This document shows, one piece after another, positions 58,016 through 64,000 of a DNA stretch of 64,000 nt (position 1 is the stretch's first letter; each line of letters begins with the position of its first letter). The notes below the pieces were generated by a model. It was not told the origin of the DNA. It made no database searches and saw only the letters and a list, made by a program, of their open reading frames with translations. A program made the translations under genes and the position numbers. The DNA lies in NCBI GenBank assembly GCA_964566225.1, contig CAZMHV010000001.1, forward strand, positions 149,963-213,962. The letters run 5' to 3'. This DNA is from an uncultured Gammaproteobacteria bacterium (GTDB lineage: Bacteria > Patescibacteriota > Patescibacteriia > Magasanikbacterales > UBA922).

Positions 58016-58867
58016 TTAGGCGGCCGAGGCCACCTGCTCCTGATAGCCGAGCACCAGCGCGCTGAAGCGATCGTAGGCCAGGCGGCCCGCTTCGGTGACC
58101 TCGTCGTGCGAGAGCTCGGCGCCGGTGATGCCGGCCGCCATGTTGGTCATGAGCGACACACCGGCCACACGCAGACCACACCAGTTGGCCGCGATGGCCT
58201 CGGGCACGGTCGACATGCCCACGGCATCAGCCCCGAGGACGCGGAGCATCCGAATCTCGGCAGGGGTCTCGTAGTTGGGCCCCTTGAACGCGGCGTAAAC
58301 ACCCTGCTGGAGTTCCCCCACTCCACACTTGCTGGCCGCTTGCATGAGCATCAGCTCACCGTGACGGTACAGATTGCTCTGCCCGGGGAAACGCGGTCCG
58401 AGCTTGTTGTTGTTCGGCCCGACCAGGGGGTTCTCGCCCGTGAGGTTGAGGTGATCCACGATGGCCATGAGGTCACCACGCTTCCAATCCACCCGGATGC
58501 ACCCGGCGGCGTTGGTGAGCAGGATGTCGTTGACACCCATCTCCTTGGCCAAAAGCACCGACTGCACCACCTGCTGGGCCGTGTAGCCCTCGTTGAGGTG
58601 CAGACGACCCGCGAACGCGATGGTGGGCACGCCACTGAGCATACCCATGAACACCTTGCGGTCGTGGCCCTCGACCTCGGTGTTGATGAACGGCCACAGG
58701 GTGCGGAAGTCCACCACCAGCGCCCCCTGGTCGAACTTCTCGACCAGCTTGCCGAGGCCGCTCCCGAGCACGAGCGCGACCTTGGGGCCGGTCCAGCCAT
58801 TGGGCTTTTTCCAGGCCGCGAGACGGGGCAAGAGCACAGACATCACAGTCGAATCGAGTCGAAGCAT
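58016..58867 (-). CDS. Purine nucleoside phosphorylase / 5'-methylthioadenosine phosphorylase family (PNP family 2)
   Basis: VALVLGSGLG phosphate loop, MSTVPEA and NMAAG motifs. About 65% GC. The start is set at MLRLDS, preceded by AAGGAGAAG 7 nt upstream. Confidence 0.8.
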   Translation of the reverse strand: MLRLDSTVMSVLLPRLAAWKKPNGWTGPKVALVLGSGLGKLVEKFDQGALVVDFRTLWPFINTEVEGHDRKVFMGMLSGVPTIAFAGRLHLNEGYTAQQVVQSVLLAKEMGVNDILLTNAAGCIRVDWKRGDLMAIVDHLNLTGENPLVGPNNNKLGPRFPGQSNLYRHGELMLMQAASKCGVGELQQGVYAAFKGPNYETPAEIRMLRVLGADAVGMSTVPEAIAANWCGLRVAGVSLMTNMAAGITGAELSHDEVTEAGRLAYDRFSALVLGYQEQVASAA

Positions 58868-58925
58868 CGCAGCTTCTCCTTTGCGGTAAAGCCCAGTACA
58901 CATTGACTGGGACGGTTGTGGCCGG

Positions 58926-58954
58926 ATACTACCCTTTTTTAAAAAAATTTGCAA
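58926..58954 (-). promoter_or_regulatory. Sigma70-like promoter TTGCAA-N17-TAGTAT driving the GC-rich PNP gene
   Basis: Near-consensus -35/-10 hexamers with 17-nt spacing, upstream of the Shine-Dalgarno sequence and start. Confidence 0.5.
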
Positions 58955-58966
58955 GGGGCCAAGCAC

Positions 58967-58994
58967 AAAAAATCACCTCTTGTAAGGTGATTTT
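58967..58994 (-). terminator. Rho-independent terminator after the DUF1697 gene, end of the accessory operon
   Basis: Hairpin AAAATCACCTTACAAGAGGTGATTTT with flanking T-runs. Confidence 0.7.
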
Positions 58995-59008
58995 ATTTTT
59001 ATTCTTTT

Positions 59009-59536
59009 TTACTTTTCTTCACAAAGTTTCCGCGCTGTGTTCACATTGCGCACAGTCATGAGTTTGTAATACTTGTGGCTAATAACTTTGTTCAAATGAC
59101 TCTTGTTTACATTCTCTCGGCGTATATTCCAAATCAAGGCACCCTTTACATAGCGAATATCCACACATTCTTTTTTGATGGGAAGTTCATCAATAGTTTT
59201 TTTGGAGTCAATTTCTGGGAATAAATAGGCAACGTCGGTTCTTTGGATAGCATCATTGGCCCACTCAGGCGGAATGGCCTTGGCAATGGTCTGCATTTGT
59301 GTGCGAGTTTTAACAAGCGTCGCAACTTCAAAACCAAATGTTTTTTCAATTGCTTTTTCCATTTCTTTTTGGAGCAGCTCAGGTTTTTTGTTTGATTCAA
59401 ACAGTACGTTGCCAGAGTTGATGTAGGTGGAAACGTTGGAGTAGCCAAGTGACTCACACATGGCTTTGAGTTTTTTCATGTTGACTTGGCGAGTGGTGCC
59501 GACGTTGATGCCGCGCAGGAGGGCGATGTGGTGCAT
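59009..59536 (-). CDS. DUF1697 family protein
   Basis: N-terminal signature IALLRGINVG...STYINSGNVLF; start set at MHHIALLRG. Confidence 0.7.
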   Translation of the reverse strand: MHHIALLRGINVGTTRQVNMKKLKAMCESLGYSNVSTYINSGNVLFESNKKPELLQKEMEKAIEKTFGFEVATLVKTRTQMQTIAKAIPPEWANDAIQRTDVAYLFPEIDSKKTIDELPIKKECVDIRYVKGALIWNIRRENVNKSHLNKVISHKYYKLMTVRNVNTARKLCEEK

Positions 59537-59550
59537 AAAAATATACCTAA

Positions 59551-59835
59551 TTAACAAACACTAAACGCAGAACTTTCATCGATAGAAATATCATCTGTTT
59601 TACACTTTGGACATCGGTCAGCTGCATTTTGACAGACCTCTCCCCCACACGCTTCGCACACTCCAATTTGTTCTGGCAAAAGAACAACTTCGTAGGCTCG
59701 TCGTTCAGGATGGTCGATTCGTTTTGATTTTCCGCAGTCTTTGCATTTGTACAGGGTAAAATAAAAACCACGACCACCTGAGACCGTACACTCTTCACCA
59801 CACACATTACATTTTGCAAAAAAGTAGGTTGCCAT
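59551..59835 (-). CDS. Small zinc-ribbon protein with four CxxC pairs
   Basis: CNVCGEEC...CKDCGK...CEACGGEVC...CPKC. Confidence 0.5.
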   Translation of the reverse strand: MATYFFAKCNVCGEECTVSGGRGFYFTLYKCKDCGKSKRIDHPERRAYEVVLLPEQIGVCEACGGEVCQNAADRCPKCKTDDISIDESSAFSVC

Positions 59836-59840
59836 AAAAT

Positions 59841-60593
59841 TTAGAGAGCTTTACCCACCGCCCCCACATACGCACAAAAATCACAGTTCGCACTCGCCTT
59901 GGGCACACTTTTTTTATCAAGACATTTTTTGGCAGCGACAATTGCGTCCTCCACCCATGCGTCGTCGCCATCGTACGCAATGAGTGTAATATCAAATTCA
60001 AGTTTGGCGTCAAAGGCTTTTCGGTCGGTTTGACCATTGCAGTACACAAAGTATCCGGTGCTCGAAACTTTGTATCCATTGCAGCGAAGCAGCCACTGAT
60101 ACATTTCCATTTGGCGTTTGTATCCGTCTTGCCAGTCTTTGTTTAGCTCGGTAATTTCTTCACTCTTCGAAGTTGACTTGTAGTCCACCACAATATACTC
60201 GCCTTTTGAATTTTGCCACAAATCATCAATGGCACCAAACACCAAAAAATTGGTGGCCTCATGGAGATATTGAACACCGGTAAAATTGTGTCGCCACGCA
60301 TCCAAATTTTCATGCGCTACAGGCCGAGCATCCACACCATATTTTTTGATTAAAGGATGCGCATTGCCACTGGCGCGATGAATATCAAACTCAAGCTTGA
60401 GCAAATGATCAACCGCCGAATTGAGCGCAAACGGAAATCCAGGTGGCCGCCCTACGCCGAGGCGTCGATCGAGGTAGAAGCAACGTGGACAGTCGAGAAA
60501 GAGTTCAATTTTGGAGCGGGAGAGTTTGAAGGGGGTTTCTTGTTTAGGCGTGTAGAGGTTTTTGGTGCGGTGAGGGGTGTAGTACTCGGACAT
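59841..60593 (-). CDS. Cas4-like PD-(D/E)XK nuclease with probable Fe-S cluster cysteines (stand-alone, no CRISPR array)
   Basis: RecB-fold motifs (GAIDDL, VVDYKSTSK, QMEMYQWLL) plus Cys at the N terminus (CPRCFY) and C terminus (C...CDFCAY). Confidence 0.65.
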   Translation of the reverse strand: MSEYYTPHRTKNLYTPKQETPFKLSRSKIELFLDCPRCFYLDRRLGVGRPPGFPFALNSAVDHLLKLEFDIHRASGNAHPLIKKYGVDARPVAHENLDAWRHNFTGVQYLHEATNFLVFGAIDDLWQNSKGEYIVVDYKSTSKSEEITELNKDWQDGYKRQMEMYQWLLRCNGYKVSSTGYFVYCNGQTDRKAFDAKLEFDITLIAYDGDDAWVEDAIVAAKKCLDKKSVPKASANCDFCAYVGAVGKAL

Positions 60594-60607
60594 AAAAAAT
60601 AGTTAAT

Positions 60608-60994
60608 CTACAAAATATCTTTATACTCAGGATAATTTTCTCGAATAATATTTTTCCAAATAGAAGTTTCATTCCCTCCAGCAATATCATTTTTATGATA
60701 TACCAAAAGCACATGCACCCTGCCACTTTCTTTGTACACTGCCACAATACATCGATTCCCCGAAGCATGACGAGAAACATTTGTCCCCGCAATTTTAAAT
60801 TCTGTTTTGCAAATTTGGATTTCACCAGCTTCAACAATAACCTCTGCCACACTTTTTTGAAATAACAAATCAATTTGCTCAAACTCTTTTTGCAAAAGTG
60901 TCAAAGTAAAATCCCAAGCAGTTTTATATTTTTTGGCAAAAGTTTTTATGAAATGCCTCTCGGCATAATTTTCAAAAACAACTTCATAACCCAT
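60608..60994 (-). CDS. Putative toxin, RelE/ParE-fold-like, cognate to the Panacea-domain antitoxin
   Basis: The C-terminal beta-strands (RCIVAVYKESGRVHVLLVYHKND) resemble the RelE/ParE core, and the gene lies 3 nt downstream of the antitoxin gene. Confidence 0.45.
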   Translation of the reverse strand: MGYEVVFENYAERHFIKTFAKKYKTAWDFTLTLLQKEFEQIDLLFQKSVAEVIVEAGEIQICKTEFKIAGTNVSRHASGNRCIVAVYKESGRVHVLLVYHKNDIAGGNETSIWKNIIRENYPEYKDIL

Positions 60995-60996
60995 AG

Positions 60997-61671
60997 TTAA
61001 AAAATCTCATCAGGATCCTCCTGAGTAAACAGACCATACGAGACTATCTCATTTTCTTTGGCATACAAATATGGAAACTGTTTATGGGTAAAATCAACAA
61101 TTTCAGACGTTTTTTTATTTTTCCATTTTTTTTCAATTTTTTGAATCAACTTTTTTTCTTCGTTATTTAAAAGAGACAAATCAACTTTTGCGCCACTTCG
61201 CGACTGCGAAATCATCATGGCTCCATCTCGAGTTTGGGTAATATTAATTTCACCATTTTCAAACATTTCATCAACCAGTCGAAAATACACCTCTGAAACG
61301 GGGCCGTAGGGCAGCTTGCGATACTGCATTCCGCTCATGCTTTCGAGATGAAAGTAGAACCACCCAAAATCTGCAAAATACAAAAGCTTGGCAAGTTTTG
61401 TTTTGGTAATTTCCCCATCCAAACGCAAAAAAGCCAATATCATTTGTCTGTATTTTTCATAATTTGGGATATCTCCGTTTTCAAGCTCCTGCAATGAAAT
61501 GCCAAAAAGATTCGAAAGCTTTTGCGCTTCAGAAAGAGTGAGCTCTTTTTTGCCTTGTTCGAGAGCAATATAGGAAGGACGAGAAATACCAAGCCGAGTG
61601 GCAATTTCTGCTTGGGAAATATTGGCCTTGAGACGGAGGTCTTTTAATTTTATGCGTGTGGGTTGATTCAT
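60997..61671 (-). CDS. HTH-XRE plus Panacea (DUF4065/SocA-like) domain antitoxin (PanA-type)
   Basis: N-terminal XRE HTH (LRLKANISQAEIATRLGISRPSYIALEQG) and C-terminal KLAKLLYFADFGWFYFHLESMSGMQYRKLPYGPV, typical of PF13274. Confidence 0.7.
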   Translation of the reverse strand: MNQPTRIKLKDLRLKANISQAEIATRLGISRPSYIALEQGKKELTLSEAQKLSNLFGISLQELENGDIPNYEKYRQMILAFLRLDGEITKTKLAKLLYFADFGWFYFHLESMSGMQYRKLPYGPVSEVYFRLVDEMFENGEINITQTRDGAMMISQSRSGAKVDLSLLNNEEKKLIQKIEKKWKNKKTSEIVDFTHKQFPYLYAKENEIVSYGLFTQEDPDEIF

Positions 61672-61750
61672 ATGTATTTATACTACAAAATTTGTGTTAA
61701 GATGTCAAACATTGGGTGTTAGGATATTTGACACCCATGTCTTAAAACCA

Positions 61751-62014
61751 CTATGAATTAGATTTTTTCATAGCTTTTATTGACCAAACTATAGATCTGA
61801 CAAACTGAACAAAAAAATACGGTAATAATATAAATAGGTATACTCCTTCCTCTCGATCGAAAATTGCTATAAAAAATCTTTTATATATCTTTGAAAAAGT
61901 GTGCTCGTCAGCTATGAATAAATTTATAATTACAGGAAGTATTAACAAACCAAATAATACGGATAAAATTAAAATAATCCACTCTTTTGCAAATATTTTT
62001 TTTTCAAACTTCAT
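61751..62014 (-). CDS. Small hypothetical membrane protein (2 TM)
   Basis: ORF with two hydrophobic helices in the accessory island. Confidence 0.35.
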   Translation of the reverse strand: MKFEKKIFAKEWIILILSVLFGLLILPVIINLFIADEHTFSKIYKRFFIAIFDREEGVYLFILLPYFFVQFVRSIVWSIKAMKKSNS

Positions 62015-62051
62015 AAATTTAATAATAAAAGTAATATTTTAAAAATCCACA

Positions 62052-62507
62052 CTAAAAATTCCATTCAATTTTTTCAATCTTTAAAGTCCAAACTCGAAAT
62101 TCAATTTTTTGATTATCAATCAATGTACTTTCCCCTTGACCTAATATTATATATTTTGAATCATACTCATCAGTCAACCAAACTCTTAAATTAAATTCTC
62201 CACTGGATGGTATATTCCCATCAACAGGTAACCAATAAAATGATGCATCCAAACTCCCTGCGGGTATTAGTCGTCCTTTTTTAAAAAATTTAGTTACATT
62301 GCCTATCTCAAAACCGTGAATATATAAATTAATTTTTCCAGTATTTAAGACTTTAATTTTATTTTCCATAGGCAAAAAAGAAGCTGCAACAAAATCATTT
62401 AACTTCTTTAAACGTCTATTAATTAAAATTTGCCATACCGCAAATATACAAGCAGCGATTCCGGTAATACCCTGAATCCCTAACGAATATATTTCATACT
62501 GTGTCAT
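62052..62507 (-). CDS. Hypothetical membrane-anchored protein translationally coupled to the DUF2075 ATPase
   Basis: ATGA start/stop overlap with the upstream gene; an N-terminal TM then a beta-rich ~110-aa domain. Confidence 0.5.
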   Translation of the reverse strand: MTQYEIYSLGIQGITGIAACIFAVWQILINRRLKKLNDFVAASFLPMENKIKVLNTGKINLYIHGFEIGNVTKFFKKGRLIPAGSLDASFYWLPVDGNIPSSGEFNLRVWLTDEYDSKYIILGQGESTLIDNQKIEFRVWTLKIEKIEWNF

Positions 62508-64000
62508 ATACTAGTTTTTACTGATTTATTTTTAAACCACTCCCTCGCCTCATCATCCACAAAATACACATAACACCCCTTCATCCCTCGTGTCATCAAT
62601 GTACGATATGTATTTTTTATAATCCTATCCGCGGTCTTCATTGCACTTTCAGGATCCTTTTTATATTGAGTTTTAAAACCTTGTAAAGATTTATCTGTTT
62701 TAGCACGCTTAAACGGATCGGTCACAATTTTTCCATTTCGTACGGTTAAATCTGGTCCAACGATAACTCCAACATAGTCCATTTCAAGCCCCTGACAAGT
62801 ATGAATGCAGCCAACTTCATTGACTGATTTTGACGCCATGATCCACAAATTTCCATCACTTGCCAAATTCCATTTCATACCAAAATTTTTTTCAGGAATT
62901 TGAATATCCGCAACTTCAGGATTTTTTTTGCTTACCCAGTTCCAACAGTATCCAGCGACAAGACGTGCTTTATTTGCAAGTTTATTTTTCTCAAAAATAA
63001 TATCTCGAAGAATATTTGGATCATCAATAACTTGAAAATCATACTCAATATCTTTCAAATCAGTATTTGCCGTTTCATGAATTTGCAAAGCATTATCGAG
63101 CCATGCTAAGTAACCATCTGATCCATTACATCGAAATTGTGAACTGAGTTGTAATGTATGAACATTGGCTCTTTCAAATCCCGCCCACATTTTAATTTCT
63201 CCTATTTCTCCGATGTCACTCATGGTGACTTTTTGGTCTTCATCTATAAAAAATACAGAAAATTTTGAAGCTTGAATAATTTCTTTAATCTGATTTTCTC
63301 CAAGATGTTTAAACATTCCTGATTTTTCATTAAGTCGATGTGCTTCATCTACGATAAGTGCATCAAAAAAGTTATTTTCAACATCAATAAAAGCACCTGA
63401 CCCTGTAAAAAAATGAGAAAACTCTGTTCTTTTCATCTGCCCTGTCAGTTTACTCTCATAAACAGCACGTGGAGCTGCATTTTTTGTAACATACTTTGCA
63501 AGTAAATTATATTTTTTTGTCAGCTCTACAAGCAAGTTTACTGCCACTACAGTTTTGCCTGTTCCAGGACCTCCTTCAATAATTAAAACATTCTTATTAT
63601 TTTCAGAAGATTGTCTCGCAAGATTTAGTGCTGTTTCATATACTACTTTTTGATCATCAATCATGATAAACTCTTTGTTCCCTTTCAATAACTTTCCAAG
63701 ACTATCAGCCAAACTTTTTGAAGGTCGAATTTTTCCATTTTCAATTCGATACATTATTTTATTTTTATCACCTTGTTTTACAAATCGTTTAATGAATGCT
63801 TGCAATTTTTTTGCATCTCCACGAAAAAAAGCTGGCGCTTTCTGCAAGTATTCTGAATAAAAATCATTATCAATAACATTATCCTGTAAATAATTATGCA
63901 AATAAGCACACGGTTGTAATAGAATATTTTCTTGATAAACAGTTTCATTAAAACTTTGTAACAACGATGTATACGACCAAGCTTGATATGATGGATGACT
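62504..64000 (-). CDS. DUF2075 domain ATPase (AAA/helicase-like), 5'-partial; N terminus lies beyond the window
   Basis: The frame stays open to the window edge. Walker A GGPGTGKT, Walker B LIVDEAHRL, and a PF09848-typical C-terminal region (YRTLMTRGMKGCYVYFVD). Confidence 0.8.
   Translation of the reverse strand, partial: SHPSYQAWSYTSLLQSFNETVYQENILLQPCAYLHNYLQDNVIDNDFYSEYLQKAPAFFRGDAKKLQAFIKRFVKQGDKNKIMYRIENGKIRPSKSLADSLGKLLKGNKEFIMIDDQKVVYETALNLARQSSENNKNVLIIEGGPGTGKTVVAVNLLVELTKKYNLLAKYVTKNAAPRAVYESKLTGQMKRTEFSHFFTGSGAFIDVENNFFDALIVDEAHRLNEKSGMFKHLGENQIKEIIQASKFSVFFIDEDQKVTMSDIGEIGEIKMWAGFERANVHTLQLSSQFRCNGSDGYLAWLDNALQIHETANTDLKDIEYDFQVIDDPNILRDIIFEKNKLANKARLVAGYCWNWVSKKNPEVADIQIPEKNFGMKWNLASDGNLWIMASKSVNEVGCIHTCQGLEMDYVGVIVGPDLTVRNGKIVTDPFKRAKTDKSLQGFKTQYKKDPESAMKTADRIIKNTYRTLMTRGMKGCYVYFVDDEAREWFKNKSVKTSI

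Noticed and set aside
59841-60593. CRISPR-Cas locus suggested by the Cas4-like nuclease
   Set aside because: No direct-repeat/spacer array and no cas1/cas2 anywhere in the window; treated as a stand-alone Cas4-like nuclease.
1-64000. Genetic-code reassignment (UGA=Gly, as in some CPR lineages)
   Set aside because: Long conserved genes (leuS, infB, pyrG, giant ORF) are intact under the standard code, and genes ending in TGA (e.g. PBP2, DUF2075) are followed by intergenic promoter/terminator signals rather than continued coding.

Overview
Low-GC (~38-40%) bacterial chromosomal segment with compact, mostly housekeeping content. Long ORFs are intact under the standard code, so UGA is not reassigned.

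Features that suggest a reduced-genome Patescibacteria/CPR-like organism (inference, not proven):
- Most genes lack a Shine-Dalgarno sequence.
- Several aminoacyl-tRNA synthetases carry extra domains.
- A 1721-aa orphan giant protein is present.

Gene content from 5' to 3':
- proS (5' partial), then mreB-mreC-mreD-mrdA (PBP2), greA, and a lysS carrying a C-terminal PTH2/DUF2000-like domain.
- Two secreted DUF333 proteins, a Nudix hydrolase, a RibL/TagD-type nucleotidyltransferase, an RdgB(Ham1)-Nudix fusion, serS, and an alpha/beta hydrolase.
- A cell-wall/division cluster: membrane-anchored MurF-like ligase, DegT aminotransferase, FemX-like transferase, FtsQ-like protein.
- A 740-bp non-coding gap, then a DsbA-like oxidoreductase with a His-rich tail.
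- An autoregulated lexA preceded by two Cheo-type SOS boxes.
- A GC-rich patch next to tRNA-Val(TAC).
- pyrG, rplI, era, cysS, ribH-ribE-riboflavin kinase, ctpA and murA.
- A PEGA-domain protein, the giant protein with a small upstream ORF, and a leuS carrying an inserted RBBP9/YdeN-type serine hydrolase domain whose catalytic triad looks intact.
- An IMPase, a GC-rich structured small transcription unit, gdhA, trxA, infB, ppa and truB.
- A GC-rich two-gene island, a short-form uvrC, an OmpR-type response regulator with a sensor-less histidine kinase, alkD and tspO.
- A very GC-rich PNP/MTAP island with its own sigma70-like promoter and Shine-Dalgarno sequence.
- A 5-kb single-strand accessory island: DUF1697, a Zn-ribbon protein, a Cas4-like PD-(D/E)XK nuclease, a RelE/ParE-like toxin with an HTH-Panacea(DUF4065) antitoxin, two small membrane proteins, and a 5'-partial DUF2075 ATPase translationally coupled to a membrane protein.

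No rRNA or CRISPR array was seen. Coordinates located by eye (terminators, operators, promoters, the tRNA) may be off by 1-2 nt. CDS starts that were re-derived are in frame with the supplied ORF track.
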